Positions 1-8,977 of a DNA stretch of 64,000 nucleotides are shown in pieces. The stretch comes from Clostridia bacterium (lineage in GTDB: Bacteria; Bacillota; Clostridia; Christensenellales; QALW01): positions 26,294-90,293 of the forward strand of contig JAZNSH010000050.1 of NCBI GenBank assembly GCA_045591115.1, given 5' to 3'. A model generated the notes under the pieces. It made no database searches and had not been told where the DNA came from. It worked only from the letters and a program-made list of their open reading frames with translations. Position numbers and translations under genes: made by a program. Each line of letters opens with the position of its first letter. Position 1 is the stretch's first letter.

Positions 1-231
1 TTTTTCGGTAATAAAATTACAAATTGCTTTTAATGCATCATCAGAATACAAAACCGTCATATCAGCACCTGCTGAGAGCGAAACGGAATAAAGGTATTCA
101 AGGATTTCACCTTTATTTTGTTCAGAATTTTTTGCAACGTGTAAAACAAATAAACTATCGTCTTTTTCTTTTATTGTTTTTGCGTAGTCAATGAGCCTTT
201 CGCAGATGCTTTGCAATGTAACGCAAACCAT
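1..231 (-). CDS. Usp-like (universal stress / KdpD-linker type) domain protein, N-terminal part only; the gene runs off the left edge
   Basis: Reverse-strand ATG at 231. Translation MVCVTLQSICERLIDYAKTIKEKDDSLFVLHVAKNSEQNKGEILEYLYSVSLSAGADMTVLYSDDALKAICNFITEK is open to the window edge. The pattern resembles a Usp-type alpha/beta fold. Absent from the ORF track because it is truncated. Confidence 0.4.
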   Translation of the reverse strand, partial: MVCVTLQSICERLIDYAKTIKEKDDSLFVLHVAKNSEQNKGEILEYLYSVSLSAGADMTVLYSDDALKAICNFITEK

Positions 232-248
232 AATATTTTTCAAATAAA

Positions 249-710
249 TCAGTCCTCGATGTAAATTATAATATTTCTGTGCGTTTTAACTTTTATAACA
301 GATCCTTCTTTTAATTCAGGGTAGGGAAGATCGGAAAGAAAATATAAGGTTCTGTTAAAAACTTCTCCATCATCTTCAAAAGTACAAAGAAGACGTAAAA
401 GACGCACACCGTCATGCTCGGTAACATCGTCAGTTTTCTCAAAAACATAAGAATCATCTTGAGTAATTCCTAAAAAAACACTGTTATAAAACTTTAATAA
501 TTTGTTTTTATCAAAAATAGCACCGTAATAAAAAAGAACCAGGAATATAACAGAAGAGATTCCAATTAACATTGTGATCCAAAGCTTGTTAAAGGTAAAA
601 CTATAAATATACAAAGCAAGAAGAGCGACGGAAAATATTATAAAAACGCATAAAAAAATATTACGCTTTTTTCTTAAATGCTCGAAAAAATTTTTTTGTA
701 ATAAATTCAT
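249..710 (-). CDS. Hypothetical membrane protein (2 TM plus a soluble C-terminal domain)
   Basis: 153-aa ORF. Two hydrophobic helices (IFLCVFIIFSVALLALYIY, WITMLIGISSVIFLVLFYY) precede an ~85-aa C-terminal domain. No family recognised. Confidence 0.5.
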   Translation of the reverse strand: MNLLQKNFFEHLRKKRNIFLCVFIIFSVALLALYIYSFTFNKLWITMLIGISSVIFLVLFYYGAIFDKNKLLKFYNSVFLGITQDDSYVFEKTDDVTEHDGVRLLRLLCTFEDDGEVFNRTLYFLSDLPYPELKEGSVIKVKTHRNIIIYIED

Positions 711-766
711 AAAAACACCCTTTTATATTATAGCAAACTTTTCAAAATAATGCTATAAAAATTTTA

Positions 767-797
767 TAAAAAAAGCCGAATATTTTAAATTCGGCTT
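767..797 (-). terminator. Intrinsic terminator downstream of htrA
   Basis: Stem AGCCGAAT/ATTCGGCT (774-781/789-796). A 7-A run on the + strand gives the U-tract on the - strand. Confidence 0.7.
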
Positions 798-804
798 AAA
801 TACT

Positions 805-2196
805 TTATTTTGCTTCCGAAAGAGTAAGAGAAATATCAATAGGAGTTTTTGAATATTGAACTGACCACCCTGAAATATTTGCTCTGTATACCTTGAGAGT
901 AACTATATCACCTGGTTTTTTTGTAAGCAAATATGAGGAATAATCAGCCATCGAAATTATTGTTTGATCGTCAATAGCACAAATTATATCATACTGCTTT
1001 AAACCTGCATCCAGTTCATTTTGACCTGTTACTGCAGTGATGCAAAGACCTCTTGGCAAAGAGTTCCAGCCTGACATTCTAAAAACAGCAGAAGGAAGTG
1101 CCAACGTAAGGTTTATTGTTGCACGGTTTTTAACGTAACCATAATTTAAAAGATCGTTAAGAATAGGCGCAGCTTCATCATAGGTTATTGCAAAACCCAT
1201 ATTTTCATAGCCTTCAGCAACGATTTTTGATGAAGTTATGCCGATAACATTTCCGTAAAGATCTATAAGAGGTCCGCCACTATTTCCGGGGTTAATGGCG
1301 GTATCAGTTTGGATACAATGCATTATATAGCCGGTTGTATCATCTTGAATAACTCTATCAACGGCGGAAACGATTCCGCTCGTGACACTTGAAGAAAAAT
1401 CTAATCCTCCGGGGTTTCCGATAGCAAGAACGCTATCTGCAATGCTGAGATTTTTTGCTGAAGAAAAGGTTGCGACAGTAAGATCTAAGTTTTCTGAATC
1501 AATTTTTAAAAGAGCAAGGTCTGTTACAAAGTCAGCACCGATAATTTGTGCATCACAGGTTGTTCCGTCAAATAAAATTACTTGAACAGAGGAGGCACCT
1601 TGAATAACGTGTGCGTTTGTAATAATATATCCGTCTTCACGACTTATAATACCGCTTCCTTCAGAATAGAGGGAAGAAGCATCGGAGTTTCCAAAGTAAT
1701 TATTTGTTGTATAGCATTGAATACAAACTACACTGGGGATAACCTTTTGTGCTGCCTGCTGAGGTGTTAAAAGTTGACCATCGACAAGGGTAGGTGTTGC
1801 GGTTGGCTTTACTTCAACGATTGTATCAAAGGCAGATGGATTGCCGTTATTATCGTTGGTTATTTCAGATGGATTAAAAGAATCAATTGTCGGATTGAAA
1901 CTTGGTTGCTCAATGACACGATTCTCATTAGACTTTAAAAATGTTACAATGCAAAGACCGGAAGAAATTATTGTAATGCAGAGTAACACACAAATTATTG
2001 TAATAAAAAATCCATTTCCACGAAAATTTTTATTTTTTATCTGCCCCATGTCAGTATTATAGCCATTGCCTTGAGCATAACTTGTGTTATTTGGGTTATA
2101 GGTGTAATGAATACCTGAATAATTATTTTGCTGTGGATTATTATTAAACTGATCATTGGTAAAGCTTTGTTGTTGATCAAAATTGTTTTCGCTCAT
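805..2196 (-). CDS. htrA: HtrA/DegP-family S1C serine protease with PDZ domain and a Q/N-rich N-terminus
   Basis: 463 aa. Triad contexts TNAHVI, DLALLKI, GNSGGPL. C-terminal PDZ-like region. One TM helix (FFITIICVLLCITIISSGLCIV) follows a ~58-aa Q/N/Y-rich segment. Confidence 0.9.
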   Translation of the reverse strand: MSENNFDQQQSFTNDQFNNNPQQNNYSGIHYTYNPNNTSYAQGNGYNTDMGQIKNKNFRGNGFFITIICVLLCITIISSGLCIVTFLKSNENRVIEQPSFNPTIDSFNPSEITNDNNGNPSAFDTIVEVKPTATPTLVDGQLLTPQQAAQKVIPSVVCIQCYTTNNYFGNSDASSLYSEGSGIISREDGYIITNAHVIQGASSVQVILFDGTTCDAQIIGADFVTDLALLKIDSENLDLTVATFSSAKNLSIADSVLAIGNPGGLDFSSSVTSGIVSAVDRVIQDDTTGYIMHCIQTDTAINPGNSGGPLIDLYGNVIGITSSKIVAEGYENMGFAITYDEAAPILNDLLNYGYVKNRATINLTLALPSAVFRMSGWNSLPRGLCITAVTGQNELDAGLKQYDIICAIDDQTIISMADYSSYLLTKKPGDIVTLKVYRANISGWSVQYSKTPIDISLTLSEAK

Positions 2197-2238
2197 AAAA
2201 AACTCCCTTTTAATTTTCTACACTTATTATACTTTCAA

Positions 2239-2260
2239 AATATGATAAAAATATGATAAA
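2239..2260 (-). promoter_or_regulatory. Perfect 11-bp tandem direct repeat in the -35 region of the htrA promoter (candidate response-regulator site)
   Basis: AATATGATAAA occurs twice head-to-tail (2239-2249, 2250-2260). It lies 7 nt upstream of a TATAAT -10 (reverse strand, 2226-2231). No TTGACA-like -35 is present. Confidence 0.45.
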
Positions 2261-2273
2261 GTATTGAGAAAAC

Positions 2274-2304
2274 AAAAAAATAAAGGCGAACAGATGTTCG
2301 CCTT
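2274..2304 (-). terminator. Intrinsic terminator downstream of rpsR
   Basis: Stem AAGGCGAAC/GTTCGCCTT with a 4-nt loop. A-run 2274-2280 on the + strand gives the U-tract on the - strand. Confidence 0.75.
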
Positions 2305-2310
2305 AACTAA

Positions 2311-2559
2311 TTAGTCTACGCTGTAGGGAAGAAGGGCAACAGTGCGAGCACGTTTAATAGCTGTTGCAAGCTCTCTTTGGTGCTTTGCACAAGTGCCTGT
2401 CATTCTGCGGGGTTGAATCTTACCACGCTCAGAAATGAACTTACGAAGCTTAGCTACATCTTTGTAATCAATTGCTTCAACTTTATCTGCACAGAATTGG
2501 CAAACCTTTCTTCTGGGTCTGCGGTTATTGCGCATCTTCTTAAAATCCTTTTCGGACAT
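2311..2559 (-). CDS. rpsR: 30S ribosomal protein S18
   Basis: 82 aa. Shows the S18 pattern [50 protein letters not shown]. Gene order is rpsF-ssb-rpsR. Confidence 0.97.
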   Translation of the reverse strand: MSEKDFKKMRNNRRPRRKVCQFCADKVEAIDYKDVAKLRKFISERGKIQPRRMTGTCAKHQRELATAIKRARTVALLPYSVD

Positions 2560-2581
2560 CGTCGTTTCCTCCTAATAAAAT

Positions 2582-3004
2582 TTAGAATGGAATGTTCTCA
2601 TCTTCAACGGTTTCAATATTATCGCCGAATGGAGAATTTCCAAAACTCTGTGCGCGTGCAGCGTCATCAACATTCTCATTTCCGCCGGGACGGGATAAGA
2701 ACTGAACTTCGTCTGCAACGACCTCAGTGACATAACGTTTTGATCCATCAGGAGCATCATAGGATCTTGTTTGTATTGAGCCGGAAACAGCTGCCTGACT
2801 GCCCTTATGCAGATATTTAGCGCAGTTCTCAGCTTGTGCACGCCAAACAACAACGGGAATAAAATCAGCTTCCCTTGTCTGCGAATCACGGTTTGCAAAA
2901 CGGCGATCAACGGCAATAGTAAAAGTACATACTGCGATACCGCTGGCGGTTGCTCTTAATTCAGGATCTTTGGTAAGTCTGCCGATAAGCATTGCTCTAT
3001 TCAT
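2582..3004 (-). CDS. ssb: Single-stranded DNA-binding protein
   Basis: 140 aa. OB-fold N-terminus [17 protein letters not shown]. Gly/Asn-rich linker. Acidic C-terminal tip DENIPF. Confidence 0.95.
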   Translation of the reverse strand: MNRAMLIGRLTKDPELRATASGIAVCTFTIAVDRRFANRDSQTREADFIPVVVWRAQAENCAKYLHKGSQAAVSGSIQTRSYDAPDGSKRYVTEVVADEVQFLSRPGGNENVDDAARAQSFGNSPFGDNIETVEDENIPF

Positions 3005-3028
3005 AAATCAAAACTCCCTTAAATTAAA

Positions 3029-3316
3029 TTATGCTTCCTTCTTAATAACGATGAAGCGCATGATATCCTCGCTGATTTTGAAGTTTCTCTCAAGCTCTGC
3101 GGGGAATGCAGGTTCTGCGGTAAAGTTCATAAGCACATAGAAACCCTCGTTAACAAAATTGATTTCGTATGCAAGCTTTTTAACGCCCTGCTCTTCGATA
3201 CCATCAACAGTACCGCCGTTCTCTGTAACGAGATTTGCGAACTTTTCGATTAAAGCCTTTGTAGCTTCACCGTCAAGTTTGGGGTTGATGATGTAGAGTG
3301 ATTCGTACTTATTCAT
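3029..3316 (-). CDS. rpsF: 30S ribosomal protein S6
   Basis: 95 aa. S6-like MNKYESLYIINP...KKLAYEI. SD AAGGAGGTG lies upstream. Confidence 0.95.
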   Translation of the reverse strand: MNKYESLYIINPKLDGEATKALIEKFANLVTENGGTVDGIEEQGVKKLAYEINFVNEGFYVLMNFTAEPAFPAELERNFKISEDIMRFIVIKKEA

Positions 3317-3391
3317 ACTTCAATTCACCTCCTTATGGTCTTAATGGTCCCTTTGTACACAAAGGAACAAGGAAAATTTATCTGCCGAATA

Positions 3392-3420
3392 ATAATACCA
3401 CATTAGGGTAAATTTGGCAA
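3392..3420 (-). promoter_or_regulatory. SigA-type promoter of rpsF-ssb-rpsR
   Basis: Reverse strand reads TTGCCA (3420-3415), 17 nt, TGgTATTAT (extended -10, hexamer 3397-3392). Confidence 0.6.
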
Positions 3421-3553
3421 GTGTTTTTTACAAAAAACAGGCTATTTCCTGCAAAATTTGCATTATAGATATATTTTGAGTAAAAATATTAGTTTTTATA
3501 TTAAAAATGAATGGTTTTTTAATTGAAATTGATTTAAAAAAGTGTTATTATTA

Positions 3554-4351
3554 CTAAAAAGAAACAGTTTTGCGGAATTTCAGCGGTGAATATCCAACGT
3601 GTTTTTTAAAAAAGGAATAAAAATATATGTCGTTTTCAAAGCCGCATAAGTTTGCAATGCGTGAAATGCTTAGATTACTGTACTTTAAAAGCGACATTGC
3701 GTTGTTGAGTCTTAAATCAATTATGGTTTTGTGAAGAGGCTTTCCCACGTACTTATTAAAAAGTCTGTCAAGAGTTGCTCTGCTTATATGGAAATGCTTT
3801 GCAATTAAATCTCCCTTTAAATCCTTGTCTAAATTTGTATGAATAAACTGAAGTATTGGTGAAATAATATTATCTTTTTCCTTGAGATATTTTGGAGATA
3901 TTTGAGAAAGATAAGCAAATATTTCCAAAAGACAAGCACATTTGTAAGCTTCCGAGAAGCGTTCATTGAAAATATTCATCACCGTGTGTTCGAGATGTTT
4001 AAGTGATTCGTTTTCGTAGATTGACGAATGAGAAAAAACTTCTCTATTGATTAACCAAGGTGCGCAAGAAAGAAGTTCTTCTGAAAAATATATAACAAAG
4101 CGTTCAAAAGTATCGGAGCATTCCTCTGATTCCATAAGATGAACAGTGTAAGGATTTGTAATAATAATGCAAGGTTTTTCAATTCTATATTGTTCACCGT
4201 TATGAGTTAAAATTTGCTTTGTCGGCTTTGGACAAAAATATAGTTCATAGTGTGGATGAAATTCCAGGTGATCATAGTTTTGCGTGTAATTTGTTTTGTG
4301 CACGGTGGCAATTCTTGATGAAAAAAGAACATTTTTAAATAGGAAATTCAT
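3554..4351 (-). CDS. AraC-family transcriptional regulator
   Basis: 265 aa. Cupin-like N-domain. C-terminal double HTH (ISRATLDRLFNKYVG...LSISRIANLCGFENDIYFYSFFKKHVGYSPLKFRK). Confidence 0.85.
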   Translation of the reverse strand: MNFLFKNVLFSSRIATVHKTNYTQNYDHLEFHPHYELYFCPKPTKQILTHNGEQYRIEKPCIIITNPYTVHLMESEECSDTFERFVIYFSEELLSCAPWLINREVFSHSSIYENESLKHLEHTVMNIFNERFSEAYKCACLLEIFAYLSQISPKYLKEKDNIISPILQFIHTNLDKDLKGDLIAKHFHISRATLDRLFNKYVGKPLHKTIIDLRLNNAMSLLKYSNLSISRIANLCGFENDIYFYSFFKKHVGYSPLKFRKTVSF

Positions 4352-4432
4352 AAATTCAATCCTTTTATGATTTAAAATCTGAATATATTTTAATTTTAAA
4401 CAATCTTTTTGTCAATAGAAAGGGGAAAAAAT

Positions 4433-5533
4433 ATGGCAACTAAAACAAGAATTGTAGAACCATCCTTCAGAATAGGTGCGGGAAGGTATCTTCAGGATAA
4501 CGGTATTTTAAAAGAAATTGGTAAAGAGGTTTCTCTTTTGAAATGCAAAAAAGCTTTTGTTATGGGTGGTACAACTGCTTTATCGTTGACACAGCATACT
4601 GTTGAGGAGAGTCTCAAAAAAAGCGAAATAGATTTTATTTTTTATGAATTTAAGGGTTTTTGTGTTCCTGATCACTGTGAAAAAATAGTAAATAGTGATG
4701 ATTTTAAAACTTGCGATATAGTTATAGGCATTGGCGGCGGTGTTTTGATGGATGCCTCAAAGTTTTGTGCTGTTTTGAGTGATAAACCTGTTATTTGTGT
4801 ACCTACATCAAGTGCCACCTGTGCTGCCTATGCGCCTTTAAGTGTAACTTATAGCGAAATAGGTAAAACTTTAGGTACAAAGCATCATAATCGTGAAGTA
4901 AACTGTGTTATGGTTGATATGGATATTTTGACAAAACAACCTGCAAGATTGTTCGTTTCAGGTGTGTACGATTCACTCGCAAAGCTTATGGAGCTTAATC
5001 AACGCTTAATTGGAAAGGATGAATCCGATATTGAAATTGGACTTCGTTCGTCCTATGAATTGTCGAAATTCTTGTTTGAAAGACTTAATCAAAACTTTGA
5101 TTCTGCTTTAGCATCAATAAAAAAAGGTGAAGAAACCAAGGAAGTTTTCGATTGTGTTTATCTTGCAATATGTTTAACAGGTGTTGTTTCAGGTTTAGCT
5201 CGCGGTTCAAATCAAACAGCAATAGCGCATAAAATTTATGAATCGGCAAGAAAACTTTTTCCTGAAAAAATCAGCAAATATCTTCATGGCGAGGTAGTCG
5301 CCGTTGGGCTTATCGTTCAGGCTGCTTATAATGGTACTGATGAAGATGCAGTTCAATTTAAAGCTAAGATGAAAGAGAGAGGAATGCTTACAAGCCTTAA
5401 TGATATGGGCGTTGAAAAAACTGATGAAAACTTTGAACTTCTTTATAATACTATGCTTGCATCCACTGCAATGGCGGGTACCAATGAGGAAGAGCAATTG
5501 AAGCTTAAAAAATATCTTAGATTAATAATTTAA
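4433..5533 (+). CDS. Iron-containing alcohol / glycerol dehydrogenase-family oxidoreductase
   Basis: GIGGGVLMDASKF glycine motif and overall Fe-ADH/GldA-like layout. Start moved from the track's TTG 4409 to ATG 4433, which has AAAGGGG 6-7 nt upstream. Confidence 0.8.
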   Translation: MATKTRIVEPSFRIGAGRYLQDNGILKEIGKEVSLLKCKKAFVMGGTTALSLTQHTVEESLKKSEIDFIFYEFKGFCVPDHCEKIVNSDDFKTCDIVIGIGGGVLMDASKFCAVLSDKPVICVPTSSATCAAYAPLSVTYSEIGKTLGTKHHNREVNCVMVDMDILTKQPARLFVSGVYDSLAKLMELNQRLIGKDESDIEIGLRSSYELSKFLFERLNQNFDSALASIKKGEETKEVFDCVYLAICLTGVVSGLARGSNQTAIAHKIYESARKLFPEKISKYLHGEVVAVGLIVQAAYNGTDEDAVQFKAKMKERGMLTSLNDMGVEKTDENFELLYNTMLASTAMAGTNEEEQLKLKKYLRLII

Positions 5534-5540
5534 AATTAAG

Positions 5541-5568
5541 AGGCAACTTCAAAAAGAAGTTGCCTTTT
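5541..5568. terminator. Hairpin terminator between convergent genes
   Basis: AGGCAACTTC-AAAAA-GAAGTTGCCT followed by TTTT. Confidence 0.65.
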
Positions 5569-5569
5569 G

Positions 5570-8500
5570 CTATTTGATCTCCACCGTTTTGTTAACGTGA
5601 AAGAAATGTATGTAAGGATATACAGTTTTGCCCGGATAAAGCTCTTCCAAAGCAGATTTGTACATTTTAAGCTGTGGCGTGTGATGGAGAATATGATCAT
5701 CAAGATCATTTTTGATATAATCGGTTTTATAATCCAAAAGAATTATATCATCGCCTTCAAAGAAATAGCAGTCGATTATACCTTGCACCAAGGTTTCGTC
5801 ACCGTCATTATTAAAGGGGATAATGTGACAAAAAGATCTTTCACGGCAGATAAGATCCGAATTTTCCATTCGCTTTTTAAATGGAGATGACATAAATGCT
5901 TCAAGTTGTTCAAAGGGGAGAGCGTTGTATTCTTCTTGCGATAGAATTCCTGATATAAGCATATCATCAGCTTGTTTTTTTGCGCTTTCTCCGGAAGTAA
6001 AGGAGACGTGCTCCATAAAGAAGTGCACTACGGTTCCTTTTTGAGCGCCTTTATATTCTTTATCTTCAAAAGACGGCTTACGCAATGGAATTTTAACACG
6101 GAGGTCCTTTTTGCTGGGAGAATGTTTTGTTCTTTGCGTTGTTGATGAAGCATATTTATATTGCCAGGAAAAATTTTCTTCAATTCTTTTTAGATAATCA
6201 GCTTCGTCAAATTCAATTTGATCAGAAACTGTTTCGGCTTCATCGGGAAGAATGAGATCACGGTATATTTCCACAACCCAATCGCTTTCGGTATAATGCA
6301 CTGTATCAAAGTCAAACTCACCGTCAGCAATATAATCTCTTAAAGCTTGTCCATCCTTATGATATGTGAGGAGCGGGAGGAATAGATCTGAATAAGCTGA
6401 ATAGTCTGCAAGAACACCGTCAGATAAAGGAGTGCAACTTTGACAAATTGCTTTTTTAGTATCGTTCAAGGATAAGATCAACTTGTTTCTTGCACGAGTG
6501 AGTGCAACGTAAAATACACGCATTTGCTCGGCTCGCTGTTGTATTTTTTGTGAATGCTTAATAACCTTCGTTGCTATTGAGGCGTGCTCGCTTCTCACGT
6601 TGAATTCATCAAGTGTGTTGTATTTGAAAGAAAAACCGTATTTTTCGTCGAAGGCATATGAGCTTTCACGAGGTCTATCAATTTCCGAGCATCCTGCAAG
6701 GATTACAACGGGAAATTCAAGACCCTTTGATGCGTGAATTGTCATATAATGCACATTGTTGTCATTTTCATCAATAACAAATCCTTTTTTCTTTGGCTCA
6801 GAAATGTTTTTATAATAGTCAACAAAACCTAAAATACCTTTATCGGAAAAACTGCTGTATGAACGCGCACTGTTAATAAGTTTTTTCAGTGCTTCCTGTT
6901 CCTTGCTGGATTTAGGCAAATATGCCGTATGATATATATATCCCGTTTCATTTACAAGATATTCTATGAATTCAGCAAGCCCCATTGTTTTTTCAATCAG
7001 TTCAAGCTTGTCAAGCAACTCAAAGAAATCGCTGATTTTTTTCTTTAGATTTTTATTGTCATCATAGTTCTTTAACGCATCATAAAAACTACCGTCTTGA
7101 TGTTTTGCTCGGATTTTTCCAACTTCTGTTGGCGTAAAGGATCCGATAGGCGATAAAATTACCGTAATAAGATCAATATCATTACGTCTTAATATAAGAA
7201 GTCTTAAAAGCGAAATAATTGTAATGGTAGTATCGGAGTTGTCGGGTTGCTCTTTTTCATTCATAGAAAAGGGGATGCCCATTGATGCGAAAACTGATGA
7301 AAAACGTTCTCCTGCGGCATTTGTTCTGCCTAAAATAGCAATATCACCATATCTTAATGGCCTTAACATACCATCCTGATAAACAGATGTTTTTAAAAGC
7401 TCCTTGATTTTTAGCGCAATAGCGTAAGCCTCCTGCTCCTTTGAACCTTCTACAATAAGAAGCTCGTTTGCAGGTTGTTTTTCACCATTCAAATATAAAC
7501 AATCGGAATATTGGAGAAATGTTTCATCGGGTGACGGATAAAGGCAAGCGTCGGCATCATATAATATTTCTGAAATTTTAGGATCAGTCATAATATTTTT
7601 AAAAATAAAATTAACGCCTGTAAGTATATCGGGATATGAACGGAAGTTGTTTACTAAGTTCAGCCTATCTCCGCCTGAGTTTTTTGAGTAGCTCTCCATT
7701 TTTGCTCTGAAAAGCTCAGGGCGGGCATCCTGAAAGCCATAAATACTTTGCTTAATATCACCAACGAAAAACATATTATTACCTTTTGAAATGGAGGTAA
7801 GAATATATTCTTGGAAAGCATTTGTGTCCTGATACTCGTCAACGTAAATATAATCGATACTGTCTTTTAGATCATCACAAATATCGGGATTGTCTTTAAG
7901 TAATTGAACCATATGCCTTAAGACACCTGAAAAGCTTGTTCCACCTTCCTTTAACATTAACTCTTCAAGACGGTCAACGTATTTTTCATGAAGAATAAAT
8001 AAACCTTCAATGGCAGGCTTTAAATGTGTTAGGTTATAAGAATCTTCGTTGTTTAACAATTTCTTTGCAGTTTCACGAAGTTGCTTTATAACCAAACAGT
8101 TATCAAATAACATAGCTTTTAAAGTAGGAGATTTTGCTTTAGTTCGTATTGAAGGAAAGGTTATTGAAAGAGACTCAAATTTTTTGTCAGGGTCAGGTTC
8201 ATTTAAAGCAGTTTTAAAATAATTAATATATGCATCCAAAAGGCTATTTGAATAATCCTCTATAATTGTACCGCTATACTCAATAAGTAATTTTTCTGAA
8301 TGCTTGATTGCACAGTTAAGCAAAAAGTCAGCACTGTCTGTTACAAATTTTCTATAAACAGTCCCCTCGCTATCGCTGTAAATGTCAAGAACACTTTTTT
8401 TATATTCTTCAGGATAGAGCATATCTTTTATTGCATTCTGAAGACTCTTGATTATTTCTGCTAAAGAAGAATCCTTCTTTTTATTTGCAAATTGCAAAAG

Positions 8501-8977
8501 AGCATCCTTATATTGTGGGAAAAATCCGTCATTATAAAGCTTAGCGGACTCTTCCATAATCTCATCAATTGCGGCAGCTTCCAAGGCTCTTTCCTGAGCA
8601 CCTTCAAAAATTCTGAAATCAGGGGGTAAGGGGGTACGAAAATAATATTTGCGTAAAATGTTAATACAGAATGAATGTATCGTTGAGATATTGGCTCTTT
8701 CAATAAGCTGCTTTTGCTTTAAAAGGAGGTCATTTGAAGGATCCTTTAAAAAGGCATCACCGAATTTTTTGCTGAGCTTTTCTTTCATTGATGCGGCAGC
8801 GGCGTTGGTATAAGTGGTAATAAGCATTCTATCTATAGAACCGTTGTTTTCAGTAACTGTTTTGAAAATATGCTCAACCATAACTGCGGTTTTTCCGCTT
8901 CCTGCAGCCGCAGAAACAAGAAGGTTGGTGTTTTTATGATCTATTACTGCTTGTTGGTGTTTAGTCCACGTTGGCAT
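5570..8977 (-). CDS. addA: ATP-dependent helicase/nuclease subunit A
   Basis: SF1 UvrD/PcrA-type motifs (AAAGSGKT, VDEYQDT) plus a C-terminal RecB-type nuclease (GIIDCYF...LLDYKTD). Start moved to the second ATG, 8977, with GGAGG 9 nt upstream. Confidence 0.92.
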   Translation of the reverse strand: MPTWTKHQQAVIDHKNTNLLVSAAAGSGKTAVMVEHIFKTVTENNGSIDRMLITTYTNAAAASMKEKLSKKFGDAFLKDPSNDLLLKQKQLIERANISTIHSFCINILRKYYFRTPLPPDFRIFEGAQERALEAAAIDEIMEESAKLYNDGFFPQYKDALLQFANKKKDSSLAEIIKSLQNAIKDMLYPEEYKKSVLDIYSDSEGTVYRKFVTDSADFLLNCAIKHSEKLLIEYSGTIIEDYSNSLLDAYINYFKTALNEPDPDKKFESLSITFPSIRTKAKSPTLKAMLFDNCLVIKQLRETAKKLLNNEDSYNLTHLKPAIEGLFILHEKYVDRLEELMLKEGGTSFSGVLRHMVQLLKDNPDICDDLKDSIDYIYVDEYQDTNAFQEYILTSISKGNNMFFVGDIKQSIYGFQDARPELFRAKMESYSKNSGGDRLNLVNNFRSYPDILTGVNFIFKNIMTDPKISEILYDADACLYPSPDETFLQYSDCLYLNGEKQPANELLIVEGSKEQEAYAIALKIKELLKTSVYQDGMLRPLRYGDIAILGRTNAAGERFSSVFASMGIPFSMNEKEQPDNSDTTITIISLLRLLILRRNDIDLITVILSPIGSFTPTEVGKIRAKHQDGSFYDALKNYDDNKNLKKKISDFFELLDKLELIEKTMGLAEFIEYLVNETGYIYHTAYLPKSSKEQEALKKLINSARSYSSFSDKGILGFVDYYKNISEPKKKGFVIDENDNNVHYMTIHASKGLEFPVVILAGCSEIDRPRESSYAFDEKYGFSFKYNTLDEFNVRSEHASIATKVIKHSQKIQQRAEQMRVFYVALTRARNKLILSLNDTKKAICQSCTPLSDGVLADYSAYSDLFLPLLTYHKDGQALRDYIADGEFDFDTVHYTESDWVVEIYRDLILPDEAETVSDQIEFDEADYLKRIEENFSWQYKYASSTTQRTKHSPSKKDLRVKIPLRKPSFEDKEYKGAQKGTVVHFFMEHVSFTSGESAKKQADDMLISGILSQEEYNALPFEQLEAFMSSPFKKRMENSDLICRERSFCHIIPFNNDGDETLVQGIIDCYFFEGDDIILLDYKTDYIKNDLDDHILHHTPQLKMYKSALEELYPGKTVYPYIHFFHVNKTVEIK

